Source: Candidatus Magasanikiibacteriota bacterium
GTDB lineage: Bacteria; Patescibacteriota; Patescibacteriia; Magasanikbacterales; UBA922
Length of the DNA stretch: 64,000 nucleotides
Assembly: GCA_003482855.1 (NCBI GenBank)
Contig: DMXO01000002.1
Coordinates: forward strand, 28,060-92,059
Reading direction: 5' to 3'
The notes below the pieces were generated by a model. The model did not search any database, was not told the origin of the DNA, and was given only the letters and a program-made list of their open reading frames with translations. This document shows, in pieces, positions 22,093-32,260 of the stretch. A program made the position numbers and the translations under genes. Numbering within the stretch: position 1 is the stretch's first letter; each line of letters starts with the position of its first letter.

Positions 22093-22254
22093 TCAATATT
22101 TAGATTTGTTTAGTATTTCGATATTAGGATTTCGGGTTTTCTTGCTTCTCATTTTCAATTGACTTGTCTGCATCGCCTTATTTGCCTTAAACAAACTCGG
22201 TGTACGATAGGCTGTCTTTCCTTTTTGTGCTCGATTTGAAGAATAATTTTTCAT
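22093..22254 (-). CDS. Small basic hypothetical protein (uncertain)
   Basis: ATG 22254; C-terminus runs into a microsatellite array. Confidence 0.3.
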   Translation of the reverse strand: MKNYSSNRAQKGKTAYRTPSLFKANKAMQTSQLKMRSKKTRNPNIEILNKSKY

Positions 22255-22350
22255 ATAGTTTGAAGTTTTTGAGATTCTTAACTGATGACAAAATTTCAAA
22301 AATTTAGCAACATCAACAACTTTAACAACTTTAACAACTTCTCTTCTTAT

Positions 22351-23850
22351 TTATTCATCGTTATCATCCTCATTTTCTTCTTCACGAACATCATCATCTT
22401 CGTCTTCCTCATCAGCACTTGTGGTATTTATATTTTCATCTCTCTTGGTCCACTTGAGATAATATACAATACTAAATGCCAAGAAACAAAGGAAAGCTAA
22501 ACTAGCCAAAACAATCAATGCGGTCGTACTAAACCATTGACGATGTTCGCTAAACACTAAAGGGTCCTTGTCTTCACCATCGACCATGGCATCATTGTCC
22601 GAATCAGGATTATTGGGATTGGTGCCTGCTTGCAATTCTTTGTCATCATCTATGCCATCACTGTCTGTATCTTTTTTGAGTGCATTGGTACCTTGTGTTT
22701 GTTCTGCTTCATCGGAAATAGTGTCTCCATCATCATCAGTATCTACATTGTTTCCTATACCATCAAGGTCCGTATCTTGAGATTCTTCACTATCTAGTGG
22801 AAACATATCAGTCATATCATCCACACCATCTCCGTCTGTATCTTTTTTGAGAGGATCCGTGCCTTTATTTTTTTCATCACCATCACTCAACCCATCTTCA
22901 TCTGTGTCTTTTTTGAGAGGGTCAGTCTTCATACTATATTCTTCTCCATCATTTAGACCATCCTCATCACTGTCTGCTTTGGCTGGATTGGTACCATTTT
23001 CTATTTCATCTTTATCCAAAATACCATCCGCATCAGTGTCTTTGGATGTAGGACTGCTCCCTTTTTCTTTTTCCTCACCATCAGTAAGTCCATCTCCATC
23101 TGAATCAACATTGTGAGGATCACTCCCAAATATTGCTTCATCACTATCACTCAATCCATCATTATCATCATCTGTATCAGCGTTATCTCCTGTGCCATCT
23201 TTGTCTATATCAGCCCATTCACTTTTGTTGGTTGGAAACAGATCTACATTATCATTATGTCCATCCCCATCAGTATCAGTACTTGTAGGAGAAAGCCCTT
23301 TGTCTACTTCTATTTTGTCATCCAGTCCATCGCCATCTGTATCTTTTTTTAGAGGATCAGAGCCAATCTCAGACTCCTTGGTATCAGCCAATCCATCATT
23401 ATCATCATCAGTATCTTGTTTATTTCCTATATCATCTCCATCCGTATCCAAATCCACATCATACGTTTGTGACTGCTGTTCTGTCTGAGTAATATTTGCG
23501 TCGACTGAATTACCCACCTGATCACGTGCATCAAGTTGTGTGAGTTTTGCAGAAAATTGTTGTTCACCTGCAGGAAGCGTATATTCTACCCAGACCTGTT
23601 TTGCTTCTTCAAATGTAAGATTGGGAACTGCGACACTTTTGATAAATGTACTTCCATTATAAAATTCAACGGTAAGAGATAATCGTGGCGCGCTATTATT
23701 TACCACTACGGTATAAAGCTTCACCGTGTCCCCTGCAAATGTCTTGCCTTCAGACATCCACACGCCTTGGCTACCGAGAAATCCCGTAACCGCATGAACA
23801 GAGACTGGAAATGATAATAAAACTAAGAGAGAAAATAAAAAAAATTTCAT
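22351..23850 (-). CDS. Surface protein with thrombospondin type-3-like Ca-binding repeats
   Basis: Signal peptide, Ig-like N-domain, many DTDGDGLxD repeats, C-terminal TM and acidic tail. Confidence 0.88.
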   Translation of the reverse strand: MKFFLFSLLVLLSFPVSVHAVTGFLGSQGVWMSEGKTFAGDTVKLYTVVVNNSAPRLSLTVEFYNGSTFIKSVAVPNLTFEEAKQVWVEYTLPAGEQQFSAKLTQLDARDQVGNSVDANITQTEQQSQTYDVDLDTDGDDIGNKQDTDDDNDGLADTKESEIGSDPLKKDTDGDGLDDKIEVDKGLSPTSTDTDGDGHNDNVDLFPTNKSEWADIDKDGTGDNADTDDDNDGLSDSDEAIFGSDPHNVDSDGDGLTDGEEKEKGSSPTSKDTDADGILDKDEIENGTNPAKADSDEDGLNDGEEYSMKTDPLKKDTDEDGLSDGDEKNKGTDPLKKDTDGDGVDDMTDMFPLDSEESQDTDLDGIGNNVDTDDDGDTISDEAEQTQGTNALKKDTDSDGIDDDKELQAGTNPNNPDSDNDAMVDGEDKDPLVFSEHRQWFSTTALIVLASLAFLCFLAFSIVYYLKWTKRDENINTTSADEEDEDDDVREEENEDDNDE

Positions 23851-23916
23851 ATGTATAAATAAATGATAAATGATAACTTTCACCCACGTATCATATATCA
23901 TTTATAATGATGTTTA

Positions 23917-24261
23917 TTATGTATGTTTTTTAAATATTTTTCCAATGAACCAACTTGCAATAGTCATAATAAGAGCGCCAAGAAATGCTGACTTGAAACC
24001 ATCCACCTCAAATCCATCTACCACAGTAGATACAAACCAAAATAACAAAGCATTGATGACAAACGTAAATAAACCAAGACTCAACAAATTCACCGGCAAT
24101 GTAAGTAACAACAAAATTGGTCGGATAATCGCATTCACAAGCCCTAGTACAAAAGCCGCGACAAATGCAGCATACCAACCACTCACCCCAATACCAGGCA
24201 AGTATATAGCAAGGAGAAGTAATGTGGCCGCATTGAGAGCCCAACGTAATAGAAGACGCAT
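23917..24261 (-). CDS. YvlD / phage holin family 4 membrane protein
   Basis: LGLVNAIIRPILLLLTLP..LSLGLFTFVINA. Confidence 0.9.
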   Translation of the reverse strand: MRLLLRWALNAATLLLLAIYLPGIGVSGWYAAFVAAFVLGLVNAIIRPILLLLTLPVNLLSLGLFTFVINALLFWFVSTVVDGFEVDGFKSAFLGALIMTIASWFIGKIFKKHT

Positions 24262-24391
24262 AGTAGTAATGTTATTTTGTTAAAACAAAGTAAGTATACA
24301 ATAAAATAGATTATGTATCAAAAAATCCACGCTATATACGTGGATCTATGTTGGAAACTAAGAGGGCTGTGGACGCTGCGATTGTAGCCCT

Positions 24392-24730
24392 CTACTTGTT
24401 GCCGGCCTCGGCGAATTCACGGAGCAGGGACATGGCGAGATAGCCCGCGAGCCACCCGACCTGTCCCATGCCAGTGCGCCGACTGTCGACGTCATGGAGC
24501 ATCCGCCCGACGATCTCCTCGACCGTCTGGAGACCCGGCGAGAATGTTATCGCATCCTGCGAACGCATCTCGATGAACTGAGCGGCCTCCTCCTCACTGT
24601 GGAAGAACCATCTCATGAGCTTGGGGAGAAGGTGCTCGGGAACAAAACTCTCCTTGAACCGGGAGAGGCACCCTTGCGCCAGCTCGTAGCGCGCCCCTGT
24701 CGTGAGCTTACCGATCGCGTCCATGGGCAT
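24392..24730 (-). CDS. GC-rich orphan protein (islet 3), 112 aa
   Basis: GC3-rich codons; minus-strand promoter TTGACT(24805-24800)-17nt-TATAAA. Confidence 0.75.
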   Translation of the reverse strand: MPMDAIGKLTTGARYELAQGCLSRFKESFVPEHLLPKLMRWFFHSEEEAAQFIEMRSQDAITFSPGLQTVEEIVGRMLHDVDSRRTGMGQVGWLAGYLAMSLLREFAEAGNK

Positions 24731-24907
24731 TTATCCAATTTCCATCGCAGCGCCCTCTTAATTTCCAAAACATGACTTTATATCATGATTAATACAAAAA
24801 GTCAATAGTAAACATATATTTCAAACTATCTATATGGGATTTACAACTCCACTCTTCTCACCTATAATACACCACAATATAATACTCTATATTCATATAT
24901 AAATCTT

Positions 24908-26317
24908 ATGCTCACTCTCTATAATACTCTCACTCGCAAAAAAGAAGAATTCAACCCTCTACAGGCTCATACAGCAGGTCTCTACACTTGTGGACCTACC
25001 GTGTACAACTATGCGCACATAGGAAATTTGCGCACCTATGTTTTTGAAGATATTCTCAAACGTGTTTTGCAATATAATGGATACACTGTCAATCATGTGA
25101 TGAATATTACTGATGTAGGGCATCTCACATCTGATGCAGATGAAGGCGAAGACAAAATGGAAAAAGGAGCCAAACGTGAAGGTAAGACTGCTTGGGAAAT
25201 TGCAGAATTTTATACGCAAGCGTTTAAGCAAAATTTAAAAGATCTACATATTCTTGAACCAAACATTTGGTGCAAAGCAACTGATCATATTGAGGAACAA
25301 ATTAATTTGGTTCAAAAACTGACAGACAAAGGATTTACCTATGAAACATCAGATGGTATTTATTTTGATACAACCAAACTGGCTGATTATGGCAAACTTG
25401 CTAATCTACAAAATCAAGAATTAAAAGCAGGGGCTCGTGTTGATTTGGGAGAAAAAAGAAATGCACACGATTTTGCTCTCTGGAAATGGAGTGAACGAAG
25501 TGAACGACACCCGGAGGGTGATCAGCCAAAATCTAAACGTCAAATGGAATGGCCAGCGCCATTCGGTGCAGGCCAAGGCCAAACGAGAATGGGATTTCCA
25601 GGTTGGCACATAGAATGTTCAGCAATGTCTGCAAAATATTTAGGACAGCCATTTGATATTCATTGTGGTGGCATTGATCATGTGCCAGTTCATCACACAA
25701 ATGAAATAGCACAAAGCGAAGCAGCATACGATAAACCGCTTGCAAATTATTGGATGCATGGAGAATTTTTGTTGGTAAATGAAGGCAAAATGGCGAAATC
25801 TGAAAATAATTTTATCACCTTAGAAACCCTCAAAGAAAAAGGCATCTCACCACTCGCCTATCGCTATTTCTTGCTACAAACGCACTATCGTAAACAATTA
25901 AATTTTTCGTGGGAGGCGTTAGAGGCATCTCAAACTGCTCTCAAAAAATTACAGCAGCAAGTAGAATCGTTGCCCGACCACAAAAAACAAGATTCTTGGT
26001 TTAAAGATAAATTTAATGAATGGATAAATGATGACCTCAACATACCTAATGCACTAGCATGGATATGGCAAGCCATAAAAGAAAAAGATATAACTAAAGA
26101 GACCTTACTTGATTTTGATAAAGTCCTCGGATTAAACTTAGATGCTAAGGAAGAAACAATTGTAATCCCTACTGAAGTCCAAAATATCCTCGATGCACGC
26201 CTGAAAGCACGAACAGAAAAAAACTGGACCGAATCAGACCGGTTGCGTGATGAGATTAAAAAATTAAACTTTGATGTGGAAGATACGAAAGAAGGACAAA
26301 AAATTAACAAATTATAA
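24908..26317 (+). CDS. cysS: Cysteine--tRNA ligase
   Basis: [25 protein letters not shown]. Confidence 0.97.
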   Translation: MLTLYNTLTRKKEEFNPLQAHTAGLYTCGPTVYNYAHIGNLRTYVFEDILKRVLQYNGYTVNHVMNITDVGHLTSDADEGEDKMEKGAKREGKTAWEIAEFYTQAFKQNLKDLHILEPNIWCKATDHIEEQINLVQKLTDKGFTYETSDGIYFDTTKLADYGKLANLQNQELKAGARVDLGEKRNAHDFALWKWSERSERHPEGDQPKSKRQMEWPAPFGAGQGQTRMGFPGWHIECSAMSAKYLGQPFDIHCGGIDHVPVHHTNEIAQSEAAYDKPLANYWMHGEFLLVNEGKMAKSENNFITLETLKEKGISPLAYRYFLLQTHYRKQLNFSWEALEASQTALKKLQQQVESLPDHKKQDSWFKDKFNEWINDDLNIPNALAWIWQAIKEKDITKETLLDFDKVLGLNLDAKEETIVIPTEVQNILDARLKARTEKNWTESDRLRDEIKKLNFDVEDTKEGQKINKL

Positions 26318-26319
26318 CT

Positions 26320-26502
26320 ATGACAAATACATGTGGTACAAATTCATGCAAAATGAATCACGATGGCGATGGAACTACACCAAAAGAACTTGAACAAAAA
26401 TGGAATGAATTTATCAAACAAAACTGTGAATCACTCAATTGTGCACGCAGATACACGACCAAATGTTGTGTGTGGGGAACTTTTGAAGAAAGTCTAAATT
26501 AA
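26320..26502 (+). CDS. Small Cys-rich hypothetical protein
   Basis: Tightly packed between cysS and the ywbE-like gene; 6 Cys. Confidence 0.5.
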   Translation: MTNTCGTNSCKMNHDGDGTTPKELEQKWNEFIKQNCESLNCARRYTTKCCVWGTFEESLN

Positions 26503-26504
26503 CT

Positions 26505-26696
26505 ATGGATGGAACTAAAAGAGCAAATATCAAACCTGGGGTACACGTATCAATTGTACTCAAAAAAGATCAGCCGACTGGTAAACTCTTGGATGGTATT
26601 GTTCAAGATATCCTCACCAACTCCCCCACTCACCCACATGGAATCAAAGTACGATTACAAACAGGTGAAGTCGGCAGAGTAAAAATTATAACATGA
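26505..26696 (+). CDS. YwbE (DUF2196) family protein
   Basis: LKKDQPTG, ILTNSPTHPHGIKVRL..GEVGRV. Confidence 0.92.
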   Translation: MDGTKRANIKPGVHVSIVLKKDQPTGKLLDGIVQDILTNSPTHPHGIKVRLQTGEVGRVKIIT

Positions 26697-27493
26697 GTAA
26701 ACTTTTTATCTACCAACTCATCATATCATTTTTTGTTGGTGGTTTTGTAATTGCATTACTCGGATATATAGCCGAACGTGCCAATAAAAAAATAGCAGGA
26801 TCTATATTATCATTACCTTCTACTGCACTCATTGCCTATATATTCATGGCATGGACTGTATCTCCTAGTGCAGCGGCACAAGTAGTCCCGGCTACGATTG
26901 CAGCAAACTTGGCAGTTAGTTTGTTTACTATAGCATTTGTCTATCTTTCCAAAATAAAACTACCCCGTATATATTCAATCATACTAAGTTTTCTCGGAGC
27001 ACTTGCCATCTGGTCTAGTATTGCCATTCCTATTGCCATATTCAAATTTTCTCATATCGTCGCCTCGCTTATCCTATATAGTATAGGACTTATCATGGGT
27101 TATTACTTCTTGACGAAAAAAAATAATGCACCAGAACATATCGCTCCTCTCACATATTCTCTCTGGCAAAAAATAGGACGTGCATTATTTGCCGGATCCA
27201 TTATTACGCTTGCAGTATATCTATCAAAAACCCTGCATCCATTTTGGGGAGGGGTACTGAGTAGTTTCCCTGCAACATATAGCTCTACATTCATTATCTT
27301 GCGATGGTACTATGATCCTGGCATGCTGTCCAAAGTAGCGAGGTCAATTCCTTTTGGTTCAATCATCTACACGCTGTATGTATTGGCAGTACACTGGACA
27401 TATCCTGCATTTGGCATTATCGGTGGCACGGTGGTAGCATATACACTGTGTCTTATTCCTTTTTTCTTGTTATTGCGATTCAAAAAAAATTAA
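26693..27493 (+). CDS. Multi-TM membrane protein (duplicated DUF3147-like)
   Basis: About 8 TM with internal repeat (G.ILSLP / GGVLSSFP). Confidence 0.75.
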   Translation: MSKLFIYQLIISFFVGGFVIALLGYIAERANKKIAGSILSLPSTALIAYIFMAWTVSPSAAAQVVPATIAANLAVSLFTIAFVYLSKIKLPRIYSIILSFLGALAIWSSIAIPIAIFKFSHIVASLILYSIGLIMGYYFLTKKNNAPEHIAPLTYSLWQKIGRALFAGSIITLAVYLSKTLHPFWGGVLSSFPATYSSTFIILRWYYDPGMLSKVARSIPFGSIIYTLYVLAVHWTYPAFGIIGGTVVAYTLCLIPFFLLLRFKKN

Positions 27494-27607
27494 TCTTATC
27501 AACAATCAAGAGCTTGTTATAGCTCTTTTTTATTTTTTTTGATATACTAGTAGCATATTATTTATTTCTTCAAACTCACCACATCGCGTGAGTGATTACT
27601 GTATCAT

Positions 27608-28204
27608 ATGGCAGATGAACCAATGCCAATACAACCTGAATACATAGAGTCTGTACCAAACGAACAAACAGAAGGGTTCCCGCCGATACCTCCTCCTCCA
27701 GAATTCATACCCGATCATATATCGCGTGAAAGTCAAATCCCTGCTCCAGAAACACAAACACAGAAACCAGAAGCACCGGTTGAATTTGAATCCCCAAAAG
27801 AAACAGAGCAAAAAAGACAGACGACTCCAGAAAATGAAACACTCGACGAAAAGATAGACAATCTCAAAAAAAAGTTAAAATTAAAAAAGAAAAAACAAAT
27901 TACCATACCTCAGATCAAAGATGACGTCACCGTACGCATAGAACATGTTATGCAAGAAGGGCTCGAAGATGCATATAGAGAGCTCACCCCCATCCAACAA
28001 CAAGAATTCAAAATAAAAGGGGAAGAAACTGCTTGGCAAATTAGACAACTCATGAAAAGCACCCATGTCAAGATAAAAGAAATTTTCAAGCTTCTTCTGG
28101 AATGGCTGAGGATGCTCCCTGGTATAAATAGATTTTTCTTGGAACAAGAAGCAAAAATAAAAGCAGACAAGATATTTAGCCTCAAAGACTATCAGCAAAA
28201 ATGA
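27608..28204 (+). CDS. Hypothetical protein, Pro/Glu-rich N-terminus
   Basis: C-terminal WLRMLPGINRFFLEQEAKIK; directly upstream of the ATPase. Confidence 0.75.
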   Translation: MADEPMPIQPEYIESVPNEQTEGFPPIPPPPEFIPDHISRESQIPAPETQTQKPEAPVEFESPKETEQKRQTTPENETLDEKIDNLKKKLKLKKKKQITIPQIKDDVTVRIEHVMQEGLEDAYRELTPIQQQEFKIKGEETAWQIRQLMKSTHVKIKEIFKLLLEWLRMLPGINRFFLEQEAKIKADKIFSLKDYQQK

Positions 28205-28208
28205 TGCT

Positions 28209-30794
28209 ATGTTTGTCGGACTATTTCAATTCACGGTCATTGACGAAGCTCTCTTGGCACAGCCATCGTCGCCTATAGACGATGCCATGCTCGTCAATAT
28301 GACCATCATAGGTTCTGTACTCCTCCTTATTGTTGGAGTTGTTTTTATAGTACGCTCGTTTACGAGATCAATTTTCAAAATTAAACATGCATTTGATCTC
28401 ACCGTTCTCAGTATCATGGTACCAAAAGAAAAAAAATCAGAAGGTTCAAGCAATGCATCTCAAGAAGAACGATTGGAGCAAGTTAGAGAAGAGATAGGAA
28501 TCACTGAAACAATCTTTGCTACAGTAGCAGGTCTGCGTGCTCAGCGTGGTATACACAAATGGTTCAAAGGAAGAAATGACCATTTTTCTTTTGAGATGGT
28601 CGTACACAACAATCTCATCAATTTCTATGTCGCGGTACCACACAAGCTCAAAGGATTTTTGGAACAACAAATAAATGCGCAATATCCGTATGCTCATATA
28701 GAGACAATGGTTGATTATAATATATTTACCAACAAGAGTTCTATTGTGGGGGCCTATATTGTAGGCAAAAATGTCCATGTATTCCCTTTCAAAACATACA
28801 AAAAAATGGACTCAGACCCTCTCTCATCTCTCCTCAATGTACTTGCGCGTGTCCATGAACAAAATAGTTCTGCTGCTATACAATTTGTGGTACGTTCTGC
28901 TCATCGCAAATGGAGACGCAAAGGCGTGCGCATTGTGCGAGAAGTAAAAAAAGGAGAAAAATTTGAACATGTGGTACACAGAAACTTCTTCACCAAAATA
29001 CTCAAACAGGTGGGCAAAGGTATGGGAGAACAATTGGCAACCAAAGATTCTACCAACCTCAATCAACCACAAAATCACTACCAACTCTCTGCTATGGAAG
29101 AGGAGATGCTCAAAGGTGTTGAAGAAAAGTTGAGCAAAGGAGGTCTGGATGTGACGATACGTATGGTGAGCGCTTCAGACAATCCCGATGTTGCACGCAT
29201 GAACCTAGATAATTTAGTCAATTCATTTAGCCAGTACAATCTGTATCGTTATGGTAATTCATTTGGCGCAGTCATACCAAAAAACCAAAAAACAATTATA
29301 CAAGATTTCATTTACCGTTCATTCAATGAACAAAGAGATACACTCCTCAATACCGAAGAAATGGCGAGCCTTTGGCATCTGCCACTTCATTCGACTGAGG
29401 CACCAAATATCAAATGGCTCGGTGCACGCAAACCACCACCACCTCCCAACCTTCCAGCTGAGGGCATTCTCATGGGTCATATTCCCTATCGCGGACAAGA
29501 TTATCCGGTGCGACTCAAAGATGCTGACAGACGTCGCCACCTCTATGTGATTGGAAAATCTGGCAGTGGCAAATCCGTACTCATACAAAATCTTGCGGTG
29601 CAAGATATACAAAATGGCAAAGGCGTTGCGATAATTGACCCTCATGGAGACTTTGCAGAATATGTCCTATCTCATGTACCCAAAGAACGCGCTGATGATG
29701 TAGTTATCTTTGATCCATCAGATTTCGAACGTCCTATCGGCCTCAACATGCTCGAAGTAAAAGATGAAGACCAAAAGGACTTTGCTGTACAAGAAATGAT
29801 ATCTATATTTTATAAGTTGTTCCCTCCAGAGATGATTGGGCCTATGTTTGAACACAACATGCGCAATGTCATGCTCACACTTATGGCAGATTTGAAAAAT
29901 CCAGGAACCATTATAGATATTCCACGCATGTTTACCGATGATGATTATGTGAAGATGTATCTCAAGAAGCTCAAAGATCCGGTCGTACGTGCATTCTGGG
30001 AAAAAGAAATGGCAAAAACAAGTGATTTCCACAAATCAGAGATGCTTGGCTATTTGATCTCCAAAGTCGGTCGATTTGTCGAAAATGATATGATGCGCAA
30101 TATCATGGGCCAGCAAAAATCTGGCTTTGATTTCCGCGATGTCATGGATAAACAAAAAATTCTTATTGTCAACCTCGCAAAAGGAAAAACAGGGGAGGTA
30201 AATGCCAAACTCATCGGTCTCATCATCGTGGCAAAATTACAAATGGCTGCCATGGGACGTGCTGACTTACCTGAAGATGAACGCAAAGATTTTTATCTCT
30301 ATATTGATGAATTCCAAAACTTTATTACTGATTCTATCGCTATTATTCTTTCCGAGGCCAGAAAATACAGGCTTGATCTCATCATAGCTCATCAATATCT
30401 CAATCAACTGGTAAATGAAAAAGGCAGAGCAGAAATAAAAGATGCTGTCCTTGGTAATGTAGGTACTATTTGTTCATATCGTATTGGTCCCGAGGATGCA
30501 GATATTTTGGCGAAGGAATTCGCGCCTACATTTGGTGCGTACGATCTCATGAACGTAGAAAAGTTTACTTGCAATACCAAACTTCTGGTCGACAATCAAG
30601 CAACCAAACCGTTCAATATGTCCGTATATGCTCCAGAGAAAGGTAATATTCAACTTGCCAGTGCCATCAAACAACTTTCTCGCCTCAAATTTGGTCGTGA
30701 TCGTAGTATTGTGGAGGCAGAAATCATGGAACGCACCAAGCTAGATCAAGGTACAAGTGAAAGTAAGGATGATATGATTGAAGCGAGCCTTTGA
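28209..30794 (+). CDS. Membrane-anchored VirD4/VirB4/HerA-like ATPase (T4SS coupling-protein-like)
   Basis: N-terminal TM, Walker A GKSGSGKS, IIDPHGD, Walker B LYIDEFQN, LSEARKY, AHQY. Confidence 0.88.
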   Translation: MFVGLFQFTVIDEALLAQPSSPIDDAMLVNMTIIGSVLLLIVGVVFIVRSFTRSIFKIKHAFDLTVLSIMVPKEKKSEGSSNASQEERLEQVREEIGITETIFATVAGLRAQRGIHKWFKGRNDHFSFEMVVHNNLINFYVAVPHKLKGFLEQQINAQYPYAHIETMVDYNIFTNKSSIVGAYIVGKNVHVFPFKTYKKMDSDPLSSLLNVLARVHEQNSSAAIQFVVRSAHRKWRRKGVRIVREVKKGEKFEHVVHRNFFTKILKQVGKGMGEQLATKDSTNLNQPQNHYQLSAMEEEMLKGVEEKLSKGGLDVTIRMVSASDNPDVARMNLDNLVNSFSQYNLYRYGNSFGAVIPKNQKTIIQDFIYRSFNEQRDTLLNTEEMASLWHLPLHSTEAPNIKWLGARKPPPPPNLPAEGILMGHIPYRGQDYPVRLKDADRRRHLYVIGKSGSGKSVLIQNLAVQDIQNGKGVAIIDPHGDFAEYVLSHVPKERADDVVIFDPSDFERPIGLNMLEVKDEDQKDFAVQEMISIFYKLFPPEMIGPMFEHNMRNVMLTLMADLKNPGTIIDIPRMFTDDDYVKMYLKKLKDPVVRAFWEKEMAKTSDFHKSEMLGYLISKVGRFVENDMMRNIMGQQKSGFDFRDVMDKQKILIVNLAKGKTGEVNAKLIGLIIVAKLQMAAMGRADLPEDERKDFYLYIDEFQNFITDSIAIILSEARKYRLDLIIAHQYLNQLVNEKGRAEIKDAVLGNVGTICSYRIGPEDADILAKEFAPTFGAYDLMNVEKFTCNTKLLVDNQATKPFNMSVYAPEKGNIQLASAIKQLSRLKFGRDRSIVEAEIMERTKLDQGTSESKDDMIEASL

Positions 30795-31051
30795 TAAGTC
30801 TTCTCAGCTATTTTGGATATCTAGGTCTTCTGGGTTACACATATGTATGGGAAATTATAAAAATCTTAACTACCATTGTCTTAAATAGCAGAAAAAATAA
30901 TTAAAAAATATCATTCATCATTTGCCATTCGGCATTTAGCATTCCGTCAACATATTATTCCCACGTTATCCCCTTTCCCGCCTGACTCACGTCAGGCTTT
31001 TTGTTATAATACAAAAACTAATTTACAACACACACAGATAAAACAAATACT

Positions 31052-31711
31052 ATGAATCAAGTCTCTGACATCATTAATGATCAACTGGTGCGCGTACTCA
31101 GCAATATGCCTCCATCATCTTTTTCTGAAAAACAAGAAGAAACAGAGACCTATTTATCTCCTATACACGAGACGCCATCGAACCTCAGCCAAGAAAAAAC
31201 GTCCTCTATTGATATTCCACAAATACGACGGTCACTCTACGCGATAAAAGACCAAATTGATGCTGTTCTCAAATTACTCAACCATGAAATTGTACAACTT
31301 ACCCCTAACATTCCTGACCTGCAAATATCATCTACAGGAGAAAAAATCATTGAAGGAGTATTCAATGGAGAAAAAATGGTAGGCTCTGACGGACAAGAAT
31401 ATACAGTACCGCCAAACTATGCAAGCAAGTCAAAAATTGTTGAGGGAGACATGATGAAATTAACCATTGCGCATAACGGCAGATTCATCTACAAACAAAT
31501 TGGTCCTGTAGAACGCAAACGTGTCATAGGCACACTCATATACGATGAAGAGAAGCAGCTCTGGTATGCACGACATGAGCATAATCAATACAAAATACTC
31601 ACTGCGTCAGTGACTTTTTATCGAGGCAAACCAGGAGACGAAGTCATCATTCTTCTCCCCGAAGGGAATCATTGTGATTGGGGCGCAGTTGAAAATATTA
31701 TCTCTCGCTAG
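31052..31711 (+). CDS. Hypothetical protein
   Basis: Long ORF with IEGVFNGEKM...VPPNYASKSK. Confidence 0.75.
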   Translation: MNQVSDIINDQLVRVLSNMPPSSFSEKQEETETYLSPIHETPSNLSQEKTSSIDIPQIRRSLYAIKDQIDAVLKLLNHEIVQLTPNIPDLQISSTGEKIIEGVFNGEKMVGSDGQEYTVPPNYASKSKIVEGDMMKLTIAHNGRFIYKQIGPVERKRVIGTLIYDEEKQLWYARHEHNQYKILTASVTFYRGKPGDEVIILLPEGNHCDWGAVENIISR

Positions 31712-31840
31712 TTTCACTAAAGCACTGGGGCACAAAAGCACTTAAGCACCTATAGCATAGAAAAAATAAATCTATATTTAACAAAAAGCACCCCTTCAAG
31801 GAGTGCTTTAATGTTTGTGTGCTTAAATGCTTGAGTGAAA

Positions 31841-32095
31841 CTAACTCAAATGTGTTGAAACCAATTTGGTCATTTCAAACATGTTGACTTCATCTTTGCC
31901 AAATATTGGTCTAAGAGTATCATCTGCAAAAATATTTCGTTTATTTTTTGGATTCTGTAAATCGTGTTTTTTGATATATTCCCAAAGTTTTTTCACAACC
32001 TGTGAACGTGGCATTGGACCTTTACCGACGACTGCTTCAAGCTCTGGAGTGAGATTCATTGGCTTGAGCAATGCTGGATTTGCTTTGCGTGGCAT
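31841..32095 (-). CDS. Stand-alone SWIB/MDM2 domain protein
   Basis: PRSQVVKKLWEYIKKHDLQNPKNKRNI..D..L. Confidence 0.92.
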   Translation of the reverse strand: MPRKANPALLKPMNLTPELEAVVGKGPMPRSQVVKKLWEYIKKHDLQNPKNKRNIFADDTLRPIFGKDEVNMFEMTKLVSTHLS

Positions 32096-32260
32096 AGCTA
32101 TATAGTTAATATATTAATTTTATCTATCCACATGGTATCATATTTTGGTAAAACGTACAAGAACTACACTACAAAATTCATTTTACGAACCACAAGAAAT
32201 ACGCTATACTATCACCGCTGAAATTCAAAATTTTAAATCAAAAATTTCAAATCCCGCCCT

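Noticed and set aside
22560-23460. Repetitive catc/atca-rich DNA
   Set aside because: Explained by protein-level DxDxDG calcium-binding repeats
23917-24261. Holin as prophage evidence
   Set aside because: YvlD-type proteins are common chromosomal genes; no phage genes nearby
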